Shown: piece by piece, positions 20,775 through 31,082 of the stretch
How the letters are laid out: every line of letters begins with the position of its first letter
Numbering within the stretch: position 1 is the stretch's first letter
Source of the DNA: Longimicrobiales bacterium
GTDB taxonomy: Bacteria; Gemmatimonadota; Gemmatimonadetes; Longimicrobiales; Gaopeijiaceae
Assembly (NCBI GenBank): GCA_965219445.1
Contig: CBDCNQ010000005.1
Location: 128,001-192,000, forward strand
Reading direction: 5' to 3'
DNA: 64,000 nt
Made by a program: the position numbers and the translations under genes
Notes under the pieces: model-generated
What the model saw: the letters and a program-made list of their open reading frames with translations, nothing else
Database searches by the model: none
What the model was told of the DNA's origin: nothing

Positions 20775-21896
20775 ATGCCGAATTACGAATCGTCGGCCCA
20801 TTCGCGGCTTTTCTCCACGGTCTTGTTCACCTTTTTCTTGGGTGCTCCCCTAGCCACGGCACAGGCGCAGGAGGCCCTCGATATCTATTTCATCGACGTC
20901 GAGGGTGGGGGCGCCACCCTGTTCGTCTCGCCCACCGGGGAGTCTTTGCTGATCGACACTGGAAACGGTGGACAGAATGCCGCGCGAGATGCCGGTCGCA
21001 TCATGGACGCGATGCGGGACGCGGACGTTTCTGCCATCGACCACTTGATCACCACCCACTGGCACGGCGACCACTACGGAGCGATGCAGGAGCTGGCGAG
21101 TAAGGTTCCGGTGCGACACTTCATCGACCACGGACCGAGTGTCGAGTCGAGGGCCGCAGTGGCCGATTTCCTCGACACGACCTATCCGATGTTGTACCGG
21201 CGTGCCGAGCATACCGTCGTTACACCGGGGGATCGCATCGCCCTCGCCGGTGTCGATATCACCGTACTTGCATCCGGGAAGCAGGTCATCGACCGGCCGT
21301 TGCCCGGCGGCGGTGTACGCAATCGATACTGCGCCGATTTCGCCCCGCAGGCCGAAGACAACGGCGAAAACGCGCAATCGGTTGGCATTCTGGCTGGGTT
21401 CGGCGAGTTCCGTGTCCTCCACTTGGGAGACTTGACCGTCAACACCGAGTTCGAGCTCATGTGCCCGAACAATCCCATTGGCACGGTCGATCTGTTCGTC
21501 GTCTCCCACCATGGGCAGCCGATCTCCAACGCGCAGGTCCTGGTTCACGCCATCGAGTCCCGCGTGGCCATCATGAACAACGGCACACGCAAGGGGGGCC
21601 AGCCGGAGGCGATGCAAGTGCTCCACTCCGCTCCCGGCCTGGAAGACCTCTGGCAGCTTCACTTCTCCGAATTGAGCGGACAGGAGTACACGGTGCCGGG
21701 TCTCTTCATTGCGAACCCGATCGACGAAGAGCCGGATGCCATGCCCATCGCGCCCATGATGAATCCACGGGGAGATGGGGTCCCTCCCCGGCCCGTCCAC
21801 AACGGTGAAGCATATTGGATCAAGGTATCAGGGGATGCCGATGGCTCGTTCACTGTATCAAATGGCCGGAACGGGTTCACCAAGGTGTATCGCTAG
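20775..21896 (+). CDS. Secreted ComEC/Rec2-like metallo-beta-lactamase-fold hydrolase
   Basis: Signal peptide AQA-Q; IDVEGG, IDTG, THWHGDH, LGDL, SHHG. Confidence 0.85.
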   Translation: MPNYESSAHSRLFSTVLFTFFLGAPLATAQAQEALDIYFIDVEGGGATLFVSPTGESLLIDTGNGGQNAARDAGRIMDAMRDADVSAIDHLITTHWHGDHYGAMQELASKVPVRHFIDHGPSVESRAAVADFLDTTYPMLYRRAEHTVVTPGDRIALAGVDITVLASGKQVIDRPLPGGGVRNRYCADFAPQAEDNGENAQSVGILAGFGEFRVLHLGDLTVNTEFELMCPNNPIGTVDLFVVSHHGQPISNAQVLVHAIESRVAIMNNGTRKGGQPEAMQVLHSAPGLEDLWQLHFSELSGQEYTVPGLFIANPIDEEPDAMPIAPMMNPRGDGVPPRPVHNGEAYWIKVSGDADGSFTVSNGRNGFTKVYR

Positions 21897-21963
21897 ATCA
21901 AACTGGCCTTGGCCGCATTGTGGATTACCTTTGGGGAAATTGATTGTCTGTTACGGAGGGGAA

Positions 21964-24774
21964 ATGGACCGGAAGTGGGTGTATCTGTTCGCCGAGCTCG
22001 AAGCAGCGGAAGCCTATGCGGGTGATTGGGAGTCGGTCCGCGGGCTGCTCGGAGGGAAGGGGGCGAATCTGGCAGAGATGTCGCGGATCCAGGTCCCCGT
22101 TCCCCCCGGCTTCACCGTGACGACCGAAGCGTGCATCGCCTACCTCGGTCATGAAGGCGTGTTTCCGGCGGACATCTGGGAGCAACAGATCGAGGCCCTG
22201 CGCCGTATCGAGGCTGAAACGGGGAAGGAGTTCGGGAATCCCGAAAAGCCCCTCCTGGTGTCGTGCCGATCCGGAGCGAGGTTCTCGATGCCCGGGATGA
22301 TGGACACGATTCTGAACCTGGGAATGAACGACGACGTGGCCCGAGGAATGGTGGAGCTTACGGGTGACGCGCGCTTCGTATACGACTCCTATCGACGGCT
22401 GATCCAGATGTTCGGCACCGTGGTCCGCGGGATGGAAAACGAGGTGTTCGAAGAGGTCCTCGAGCACAGCCGACGGGCTGCCGGGGTCGCCACTGATCCG
22501 GAGCTCGGAGCCGAGGACTGGATGGCCATCACACAACGCTTCAGAGAGCTGGTCAAGACGCGCACCCGAGCGCCCTTCCCGAACAATCCTTTGGAACAGC
22601 TCCAGGCGGCCACGGAGGCTGTATTCGAGTCCTGGAATACCAAACGAGCCGTGGACTACCGTAACGCTTCGGGGATCCCGCACGATCTCGGCACCGCTGT
22701 GAACATCCAGACGATGGTTTTCGGGAATATGGGCGAGACCTCTGGGACGGGAGTGGTGATGAGCCGCAACGCCTCCACCGGAGAGCCGGGCCTACACGGG
22801 GACTTCCTGGTGAATGCGCAGGGAGAGGACGTTGTGGCCGGAACTCGGAAGACCCTCGACATCAGCGTGATGGCGAAACGGTTCCCCGACGCCCACAAGC
22901 AGCTCCGTGAGATCGCGGATAGGCTGGAGCACCACTACAGAAACATGCAGGACCTGGAATTTACCGTCGAACACGGGACGCTATGGCTTCTCCAGACTCG
23001 TAACGGCAAGCGCACCGCGAAAGCCGAGGTGCGGATCGCCGTGGACATGGTCGAGGAGGCGCTTCTTGGCCGAGAGGAAGCCGTGCTCCGCGTGAGCCCT
23101 GAGCAGGTGGATTCTTATCTCCATCCTCAGTTTGATGAGGAGGCGAGAAACCAGGCTCAAGTGTTTGCTGAGGGTCTGAACGTGTCGCCTGGAGCGGCCG
23201 TAGGTGTCGCGGCCTTCGATGCGGACACAGCGGAGAAATGGGCCAGAGAGGACGGGAAGGACGTGATCATGGTTCGGCCCGAGACGAGGCCCGACGACGT
23301 TCACGGGATGCTTGCTGCGAAGGGCATCGTGACCAGCCGGGGGGGGCGGACCAGCCATGCAGCGTTGGTCGCGCGCCAGTTTGGCAAACCGGCCGTCGTG
23401 GGAGTAGAGGCACTCGAGATCGACCTGGACCACCGCGAGGCGCGGGTCGGCGATCTGACGATCCGCGAGGGTGCCGAGATCTCCATCGATGGGATGCTCG
23501 GAGAAGTCTACCTCGGCGTGCTGCCGACCGTGATCCCGGACATCGATGATCTCTGGCTCAACAAGCTCATGGGTTGGGCGGACGAGTTCCGGACTCTCGA
23601 GGTCTGGGCGAATGCGGACTACCCCGATGATGCGCGCCGTGCCCGCGAGCTGGGGGCCGAGGGGATCGGACTCTGCCGCACGGAGCACATGTTCTTCGAG
23701 GAGGATCGCCTCCCGGTCATGCGGGAGATGATCATGGCCCAGAACCACATAGAGCGCGACGACGCCCTCGATCGGCTCCTCCCGCTTCAACGCGGCGATT
23801 TCGAGGGGCTCTTCCGGGCAATGGACGGCTACCCGGTCGTGGTCCGTCTCCTGGACCCCCCGCTCCACGAGTTCCTCCCCGATCATCAGGAGCTTCTCCG
23901 CGAGTTGGCGGAACTCAAGGTCAGGCTCCAACACCTGGACACACTCCGCCAGATCGACGACACGCTCGAGGAAATCAGAGAGAAACAGGACTTCCTGGCG
24001 CGGACTGAAGATCTTCTGGAAACGAACCCCATGCTGGGCACGCGAGGAGTTCGTCTCGGAATGCTACTCCCGGAGATCACCCGGATGCAGGCACGTGCAC
24101 TCTTTCAGGCGGCGGCTCACTGCATGCGGGACGGTGTCGACGTCAAGCTCGAGGTCATGATCCCATTGGTCTCACACGTGAACGAGCTTCGGACCCAGCG
24201 TCGACTTGTGGAAGCCGAGGCGGAGGAGGTGATCGCTGAGGAGGAGCAGGAGATTCCTTATAAGATCGGGACCATGATCGAGATCCCGCGGGCTGCCCTG
24301 ACGGCGGACGAAGTTGCCTCCTCGGCCGAGTTCTTTTCGTTCGGAACGAACGATCTTACCCAGACCGTGTTCGGGATCTCCCGGGACGACGCGGAGTCGG
24401 GATTCCTCCTTCACTACGTCGAACACGACGTGCTCCCCGATAACCCGTTCACTACCCTCGACGTGGACGGCGTGGGGAAGATCATGCGGATGGCGGTTGA
24501 ACTTGGGCGAAGCGTTCGTTCGGATCTCGAGATCGGGATCTGCGGCGAGCACGGAGGCGACCCTCGGTCGGTGGAATTCTGCCACAAGGCGGGCCTGAAC
24601 TACGTGAGTTGCTCTCCGTTCCGGGTCCCGGTTGCACGCCTCGCTGCCGCACAGGCAGCGGTCAAGGACGCGGGCTGGCGTCCGATGCCCGCAGCCCCAA
24701 GGGACGAATTCCGCCAGGAGAGGGTCGAAGCCGCCCAGGAGACTGCTGCTTCGCCCCAGGACGTGGCGAGCTGA
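21964..24774 (+). CDS. ppdK: Pyruvate, phosphate dikinase
   Basis: LLGGKGANLAEM, SMPGMMDT, GGRTSHAALVAR (phospho-His), GLCRTEHMF, GICGEHGG; GGAGG RBS before ATG 21964. Confidence 0.97.
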   Translation: MDRKWVYLFAELEAAEAYAGDWESVRGLLGGKGANLAEMSRIQVPVPPGFTVTTEACIAYLGHEGVFPADIWEQQIEALRRIEAETGKEFGNPEKPLLVSCRSGARFSMPGMMDTILNLGMNDDVARGMVELTGDARFVYDSYRRLIQMFGTVVRGMENEVFEEVLEHSRRAAGVATDPELGAEDWMAITQRFRELVKTRTRAPFPNNPLEQLQAATEAVFESWNTKRAVDYRNASGIPHDLGTAVNIQTMVFGNMGETSGTGVVMSRNASTGEPGLHGDFLVNAQGEDVVAGTRKTLDISVMAKRFPDAHKQLREIADRLEHHYRNMQDLEFTVEHGTLWLLQTRNGKRTAKAEVRIAVDMVEEALLGREEAVLRVSPEQVDSYLHPQFDEEARNQAQVFAEGLNVSPGAAVGVAAFDADTAEKWAREDGKDVIMVRPETRPDDVHGMLAAKGIVTSRGGRTSHAALVARQFGKPAVVGVEALEIDLDHREARVGDLTIREGAEISIDGMLGEVYLGVLPTVIPDIDDLWLNKLMGWADEFRTLEVWANADYPDDARRARELGAEGIGLCRTEHMFFEEDRLPVMREMIMAQNHIERDDALDRLLPLQRGDFEGLFRAMDGYPVVVRLLDPPLHEFLPDHQELLRELAELKVRLQHLDTLRQIDDTLEEIREKQDFLARTEDLLETNPMLGTRGVRLGMLLPEITRMQARALFQAAAHCMRDGVDVKLEVMIPLVSHVNELRTQRRLVEAEAEEVIAEEEQEIPYKIGTMIEIPRAALTADEVASSAEFFSFGTNDLTQTVFGISRDDAESGFLLHYVEHDVLPDNPFTTLDVDGVGKIMRMAVELGRSVRSDLEIGICGEHGGDPRSVEFCHKAGLNYVSCSPFRVPVARLAAAQAAVKDAGWRPMPAAPRDEFRQERVEAAQETAASPQDVAS

Positions 24775-24826
24775 GCGGGGTAGGGCGGTAATAACGGGTC
24801 CTCGAGCCCGACCCCTCGGCGCTCGT

Positions 24827-25832
24827 TCAGAAAATGGCGATCGGGTTTACTGGGGAGCCCGTACCGTTGGGTATCGGCATCGGCGCGAGCGTCAGCATGA
24901 ACTCCCACCGCCCCTGGGCCGCAGCCACCTCACTCAGTGCGTCGAGGTCGGCTCGGTCGAGCAGGTGTATGCCCAGCATCGTCAACGCGAAGTCGTGCAA
25001 GGCGAGCCTGGGGAGTTCGCCGGGAGGCCGTGGCATGTAGCCGGGCGTTTCCCATCCGATGAGCGCAACGTCCCGTGCCTTCAACCATGGAATGACCGTG
25101 TTGTCGAGCCCCGCGGCTTCGGCCCCCGTGTCAAACGGCCCTATCGCCTCCTGCCTCGCCCACCGGCCCCATCGCAGGAGCATCGCGTCACCCGGACCCA
25201 CTCGCGCACCGGTCCGCGCCTCCCAGGCCTCTAGATCCTCGACGGTGATACGCGTACCCGGCTCCAGGTAGGGCACCCCCTTCAGCCTCGGAATATCGTA
25301 CAGTACACCGCGGGTCACGATGCCGTCCTTCATCGTGAGGATGTCGTTCTTCAACGCACCGTCTTCCATCGTGACCAGGTCGTCGACGGGGTAACCGTTC
25401 CACATGCGTCCGTCGAAGAAGCGATGGGCGAAGCCGTCGATGTGCGTGGTGCCGGGGCCGTGAATGCACCGATACGCGATCCCGATCAGTAGCCCCGCCC
25501 CGACTGGCGTTCGCCATCTCCCACTCCAGGGGGCAGGGGTTGCCGATGGTCTGTTCGGTCTGCGCGGTCGACGCGAGTGACACGGTGATCCCCTCTCGGA
25601 CCAGTCTAGTCGCCGCCAGACGCTTCGCCGGAGTGATCAGGTTGAGTGCCCCGAGCTCGTCATCCGGCCCCCAACGGCCCCAATTTGAGAGTTCCTCCTG
25701 CCACCGCTCGTACTCGGCCTCAGTGACGAACGGCAACACCTCTTAGGCGCTGGCCGTGGGGACGGCGCCAGGAAGTAAGAGGCCAGGAAGCACAAGGAGG
25801 CCAGGGACGGGGAGTGCACCGAGGAGCTTCAC
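24827..25832 (-). pseudogene. Secreted cyclase/kynurenine formamidase-family protein with nonsense codon and frameshift
   Basis: Signal peptide ..PTASA then in-frame TAA (25743-25745); NWGRWGPDDELGALN; extra G at 25481-25483 separates it from HGPGTTHIDGFAH and GTGSPVNPIAIF. Confidence 0.85.
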
Positions 25833-25841
25833 AAGGCCCGC

Positions 25842-26912
25842 CTAGTGCTCCTGCATCGCAAGGTGCTCCCTCAGCACATCGCGGCCGAAGTCACCGTCGA
25901 AGTCACGCCACCCCGAGTGGATGTGATTGGGGTCTCTCTGGGTGTGATCGAACTCGATCAAGAAGCTAGGTCCTTGCACCCGGAAGTAGGACACGTCGCC
26001 GTACTCCGTCCCACCGGCCCAGGCGAACGTGACATTTTCGATGCCGTCCTCTTCAATTTTTTCGCGTCGGAGCGCTGCGATGTCATCGGCCATCGTCGAC
26101 GTATAGAAATCGATCACCTCCATCAGTATATCGCGTTGCTCCGGTGTGAGCTCCGAGCCCACGATGCCCACGGGGGAGAGGGGATCGGGTGCGAGCTCCA
26201 CGCCTCTCACGATATTCGTCGGTGCGACCTCATCGAGGATTGCTACTGCCCGCTGCGACGCGTCCAGGGAAGCGAGTAATCTTCGGGCCGGGTCCTCCAG
26301 GGGACCCAAGGGGCGCAGCCCTCTTCTGGGTCCTTCCATGACCTCCGCGGGGCTCGCGGCCAAGAAGGTTGGCGTGCTTACGGTGATCTCCCCGTCAACG
26401 ATCGTGAAGTGCAGCGAGAGGTGGTGCCCCTCGAACCTCCACGCCCACGTCCCGTCGGTTGACGGCTCCCCGAACACCGAGACGAAATACAGGTCGGGGT
26501 CGCGCGAAAACCCGCCGCCCTCCTCCATCGCCTCCATCGCCTGCAGGATCCCCTCGACCTCGATGATCTCATTGGCGGTCATGTATCCGCGTTGACTGAG
26601 GCCCGTCCTGAGCAGGGCCTGGGCACGATCCCTCTGCTCGGTGCTCATCTCTTTGAGTGGCAGACCGTGGCGCTCGAACACCTCGGGCGGGACGAAGTGG
26701 AACCTCACACGCTCCTCCGAGTCGAAGGCGAATGTCGCGTGCCCGCGCTCCTCGTCGGACAGAGACATGAGGAACTGACTCGCGCCGTCCGTCATCTGCG
26801 CGACGTCACTCTGCGAGTCGGCCCCCCCTTCGCCACAGGAGACCCCCCCGAGACCAATGAAAACTGCGAGACCAGAGATCATCATCACACGCGCGACTGT
26901 CGACCGCTTCAT
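25842..26912 (-). CDS. DUF3500-like lipoprotein
   Basis: Lipobox-like GVSC; LS.RGY, W.WRFEGHHLSL, FAWAG, NHIHS.WRD..GDFG. Confidence 0.75.
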   Translation of the reverse strand: MKRSTVARVMMISGLAVFIGLGGVSCGEGGADSQSDVAQMTDGASQFLMSLSDEERGHATFAFDSEERVRFHFVPPEVFERHGLPLKEMSTEQRDRAQALLRTGLSQRGYMTANEIIEVEGILQAMEAMEEGGGFSRDPDLYFVSVFGEPSTDGTWAWRFEGHHLSLHFTIVDGEITVSTPTFLAASPAEVMEGPRRGLRPLGPLEDPARRLLASLDASQRAVAILDEVAPTNIVRGVELAPDPLSPVGIVGSELTPEQRDILMEVIDFYTSTMADDIAALRREKIEEDGIENVTFAWAGGTEYGDVSYFRVQGPSFLIEFDHTQRDPNHIHSGWRDFDGDFGRDVLREHLAMQEH

Positions 26913-27002
26913 GGATTCCTCCTCCTCCGATGCTATCAGCCCGGCGCCTTAGCCGCATGGGGATCATGAGGTGAAGACGCGGCGGCAGCTTCTTTTGCCT
27001 GC

Positions 27003-28400
27003 TTATCCTCCGGTCCGGGCCGCCCGTGCCCGTGCCCGGCGCTGCTCTTCTTGTCGGCGGGCCTGTTCGAGGAGATCTCGGGGGATCTCCTCACCCACGA
27101 CTATGCCCTGCTTGGTCGCAGGAGCGAAATAGATCCGCGCGTTGGCCATCTCATCTGTGGTTGCCGGGCCGTACACCACATCCACCTTCGGATCAGGATT
27201 GTAGGGATTGTTCACAGAATTGTCGAACCACCAGGTCATGTGGAGCTTGGAGCCGGCCGGAATGAAGCGCGGCTCTTCGTACTCGTAGAGGAACTGCCAA
27301 TTGAAGTCGTAGTCCGGCACCCAAAGCAGGGTTTCCGTCTCCCCGTCTGGATGCTCGAGCTCGTACTTCACGGCCTTTCCCCGGTAGTGCATGTGCGGTG
27401 CCATGGAAAGGAGATATGTGTCTTCCTCGAACAAACGCTGGTGCTTCACCTCGTAGTTCGGATCAAACGCGGGGATCTTGAATTCCCGCGTGAAGTTCAG
27501 GTCCGTTTCTACCACGTGGTCGATCACGTCGCCGGGCTCGTAGAAAACGAACGCCGCCTGAGTCAAGTCCTCTACGTTGGTGCCCGGCCCGGGCTCCTTG
27601 TGGTAGTGCATGCTGACGGTGATATAGGGATCCTCGGGAAGGAGAATCCCCCACCCCTCCGGATACGTGAATGGCCCCCGGCCGGGGACGCCCACCCCCA
27701 TATGACTGGACACGATATGGTGAACCCAGGGACCACCGGGGAGAAGCTCGGCCTTCGAAACCCACCTCGGTTCGGTGTGCTGGCCCTCGAGCACGGGCAT
27801 CTCGAAGGTCGGCTGCCAGTCCCGCACCTCGTCGGCCACATGCACCGGCTCCTCGAACTTGACGATGAGATCCGGATCGCCGATCCACCAGCCGGAGGGT
27901 GGTAGGGAGGTTCCGCTTTTCTCTGCGTCTCCGGCTGCGACGCGAGCCTCCCATGCCCTCGCCTCCGCCGGGTCTCCGGCCGGTGCCCCCGCATCCACCC
28001 AGGCGATGAGTGTCGCTTTGTTAGCGTCCGAGACGTAGCGCTCGTCCTTGAAGGTGCCCTCGTGCTGAGCGTGGGCTCCCCAGGGCGGCATGTACCCGGT
28101 CTCGAGAGCCCACTTGATCCGACTGGCCCAGGGGCGGGCGTCTTCGTATGCGATGAGCGACATCGGGGCCGTGATTCCACCGACGGACGGTCCGTCCGGC
28201 TGGTGGCAAGCTACGCAGTTCTGTTGGAGGATCGGCAGGGCATCGGCGTAAAAGGTGGGAACGTCGTGGACTGAGGCCGATGCGAAGACCGCGGCGTCGG
28301 TTCCCCCTCCACTACGCGTCTGAACGTTCGCGCAGCCGCTTAGCCCGGCGATTCCGACTGTAAGCAGGGCGATAAGAGTCTTCCTTCTCTCGACGCTCAT
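27003..28400 (-). CDS. Lipoprotein: cytochrome c domain fused to copper type II (PHM/DBH-like) monooxygenase
   Basis: LSGC lipobox; CVACH and YMPPW; HH, MHYH, PHMHYRGK, YDFNWQ..Y, DEM. Confidence 0.75.
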   Translation of the reverse strand: MSVERRKTLIALLTVGIAGLSGCANVQTRSGGGTDAAVFASASVHDVPTFYADALPILQQNCVACHQPDGPSVGGITAPMSLIAYEDARPWASRIKWALETGYMPPWGAHAQHEGTFKDERYVSDANKATLIAWVDAGAPAGDPAEARAWEARVAAGDAEKSGTSLPPSGWWIGDPDLIVKFEEPVHVADEVRDWQPTFEMPVLEGQHTEPRWVSKAELLPGGPWVHHIVSSHMGVGVPGRGPFTYPEGWGILLPEDPYITVSMHYHKEPGPGTNVEDLTQAAFVFYEPGDVIDHVVETDLNFTREFKIPAFDPNYEVKHQRLFEEDTYLLSMAPHMHYRGKAVKYELEHPDGETETLLWVPDYDFNWQFLYEYEEPRFIPAGSKLHMTWWFDNSVNNPYNPDPKVDVVYGPATTDEMANARIYFAPATKQGIVVGEEIPRDLLEQARRQEEQRRARARAARTGG

Positions 28401-28516
28401 TGGTCCCCTTTGGAATTAATAACCAGACGAAAGCACAAACCCACAACCAGGGTAGCCGCGATCGGCAGATGGAGGCAAGGCTGTTGGGTCAACGGAGATG
28501 CCTACCAGCACTCCGT

Positions 28517-30400
28517 TCATCGAGAGAATCTCCCCTTGCGGAGCCAGGTCTCGAGGGTGAGGAGTGCCCAAAGCTGATGCCCATAATCAGCTTCCTTCCT
28601 GAAGTGGGCCTCAGCCATGGTCCGGATCGGCGCAGGCTCGAGCCACTCCCAGAGCTTCGCGTCATTTGCGAGCAACCGGTCCTCGACGAGCGGTCTCCAA
28701 TGCGTTCTGAACCACGTGGGCAGGGGCACGGCAAATCCCCATTTGGGACGCGTCCTGATCTCGGAGGGCAGGAGGTCGCGAAAGGCCTCCTTGAGCCCGT
28801 ACTTGAATGAGCCGCCCCGGATCTTCAGGCGGTCCGGGAGCCCTCCGACGTATTCCATCAACTCTCCGTCCAGAAAGGGCGAACGCAACTCGAGTCCGTG
28901 AGCCATACTGCACCGATCCGACTTCACAAGGAGATCATCGAGAAGGTACGTGTCGAAGTTTAGCGCCAAGGTCCGGGCAAGCGGAGAGAGGTGAGAATTG
29001 GCCAGTAGCGGTTCTCTGAAGCTCTGTGTGAGTGCATGACGCGACACAGCGTCTCTGAGCTCGGGGCGAAGCAGCTCATCCAGCCGATCTGCAAAGAAAC
29101 CGATCCATCGAAGAGTTCGTTCCTCAGCAGGCATTGCGGCCGCCGAGAAGAAGCGGGCAACTCTTCGGGAGAGACTTCTGAAGTCCGGATTGTGCGGGAG
29201 ATATCGGCTCAGCGCACACCCGAGCCGGACCAGCGGGGCCGGAATGGACTCGGCAATTTGGGCACCCCGAAAGCGAAGATAACCTGCGAACAGCTCGTCT
29301 CCGGCATCACCCGTGAGAGCTACGGTGACGTGCTCACGGGTCAGGCGGGACACAATGTACGTCGGAATCGCAGACGAGTCCCCGAACGGCTCATCGTAGT
29401 GATCCACGAGATCGTCCACGAGATCGACCGACCCGGCTTCGACCACGAACCGAGTGTGAGCCGTCCCAAAGCGCTTCGACGCCAACTCGGCAAACGGGGT
29501 CTCATCGTAGTTTGCGTCGTCCGCAAACCCGATCGAGAAGGTCCCTACCGGCTTGTCGAGCAGTTCGCTCATGAGACCGACGATGACCGTAGAGTCCACT
29601 CCCCCACTCAGGAACGCCCCCAAGGGCACGTCGGAGATGAGCCGCTTCCTCACTGCCTCGCGGGTAAGCGTACGGATGCGTGGAAGCGCTTCTTCTTTAG
29701 AGACCTCGTGGGGAGTGAAATCCAGACGCCAGTACCGTTCGAAGCGGGGCTCTCCGCCCGATCCCACGCTCACGGTCGTACCGGGCGGCACTTTCTGAAT
29801 CCGTCGGTAGAAGGTCCCGGGCGTGGGCACATAGCCGTAGGCCATGTACAGCGGGATGGCGGCCGGGTCCATGCTGTCGTCCACGTCGGGCCCTTGAAGA
29901 ATCGCTTTGATCTCAGAGGCGAAAACCAGAAGGCCGTCCTTTTGGTACACGAACAAAGGCTTCTGTCCGGCCCTATCCCGTGCGAGGAAGAGCTCGCCGG
30001 TCCGCTCGTTCCACGCCGCGAGAGCGAACATGCCCTCCAATCGGGTTGGCAACGTACCGCCCCACTCTTCGTACCCGTGGGCCAACACCTCTGTATCGCT
30101 CTGAGTGCGGAACTGGTGTCCCAGGCCGACGAGTTCCCGTCGGAGCTCCTGATAGTTGTAGATCTCTCCGTTGAAAACGACCTGAATTGACCCGTCCTCG
30201 TTGGGCATTGGCTGGTCGCCGGTCTTCAGATCGATGACCGCCAACCGAGTGTGACCGAGCAGGCACCGGCCCGAGGGTGAGCGGTAGGAACTGACGCCGT
30301 CGGGGCCCCTATGTCGGAGTGACGAGGCCATCTGGGGGATGGCATCGAGAGTGGCTGGAAATCGGTCCCCGATGTCCAGCGCGCCAACAATGCCACACAT
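28517..30400 (-). CDS. asnB: Asparagine synthase (glutamine-hydrolysing), polysaccharide-locus type
   Basis: MCGIVG, HRGPDG, FNGEIYN, DTEV, LSGGVDS, GDAGDELFAGY. Confidence 0.93.
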   Translation of the reverse strand: MCGIVGALDIGDRFPATLDAIPQMASSLRHRGPDGVSSYRSPSGRCLLGHTRLAVIDLKTGDQPMPNEDGSIQVVFNGEIYNYQELRRELVGLGHQFRTQSDTEVLAHGYEEWGGTLPTRLEGMFALAAWNERTGELFLARDRAGQKPLFVYQKDGLLVFASEIKAILQGPDVDDSMDPAAIPLYMAYGYVPTPGTFYRRIQKVPPGTTVSVGSGGEPRFERYWRLDFTPHEVSKEEALPRIRTLTREAVRKRLISDVPLGAFLSGGVDSTVIVGLMSELLDKPVGTFSIGFADDANYDETPFAELASKRFGTAHTRFVVEAGSVDLVDDLVDHYDEPFGDSSAIPTYIVSRLTREHVTVALTGDAGDELFAGYLRFRGAQIAESIPAPLVRLGCALSRYLPHNPDFRSLSRRVARFFSAAAMPAEERTLRWIGFFADRLDELLRPELRDAVSRHALTQSFREPLLANSHLSPLARTLALNFDTYLLDDLLVKSDRCSMAHGLELRSPFLDGELMEYVGGLPDRLKIRGGSFKYGLKEAFRDLLPSEIRTRPKWGFAVPLPTWFRTHWRPLVEDRLLANDAKLWEWLEPAPIRTMAEAHFRKEADYGHQLWALLTLETWLRKGRFSR

Positions 30401-30496
30401 CTACTAGGGGCCGCCTTTCCAAACGCTCACGGGGAATGCACTCTCCTCCAGTTCCTTGAAGGAGGCAACGACGCTCGGCGAGGAGACACTAGGCGG

Positions 30497-31082
30497 GTGG
30501 GTTCAACACTGTCAAGCAATCAAGCGGAGGCGCAGGCGGGAGTCTGCATGGTTTCCCCGATCGTCACGCAGATTCAGGCCGGAATCCAAAGGCAATTGCT
30601 CCTACAGACACGAGAGTTGGCAAAGAGGGGTCGTCGAGTCTTGGTGCTCCAACGGGATGATCCGGCACTACGTGAATCCCCGGCTCTACGAGAAAAATGG
30701 AAGCACGTCACGTTCGTCTCCACACTTCGCCTTCCGGGCGGGGGCCATGACGGGGGTCGGTCGGCCGAACGAGTCCGAGGCCTAATCTTCATCCTCCACG
30801 GACTGCTCCTTCTCTGGAAGCACCGGCGTGAGTACGGAATCTTACACGCTCAGCAGCTCTATTCCCCCACCATCCTAGGTGCATTGGCCAAAATGCTCCT
30901 CGGCAAGAAGTTGGTGGTGAAGGTTACAGCTTCGGGTCACATGGGGGAACTAAAGAGGTGGAGATCGCATGGCTGAAATGTCCGCCGCAGCCCGACATCG
31001 AATGACGAAGTCGTTCTCGGTCGATGCAGTAGTGGACCGGATCGAAGAGCTCTACCTGCCATCGGCACCCGCCGCATCATGA
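30497..31082 (+). pseudogene. GT4 glycosyltransferase with large internal deletion
   Basis: N-terminal half (AGIQRQL..LAKRG, ILHAQ, KKLVVK) joined out of frame near 30960 to GT4 tail MAEMSAAARHRMTKSFSVDAVVDRIEELY whose TGA overlaps next ATG. Confidence 0.75.
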
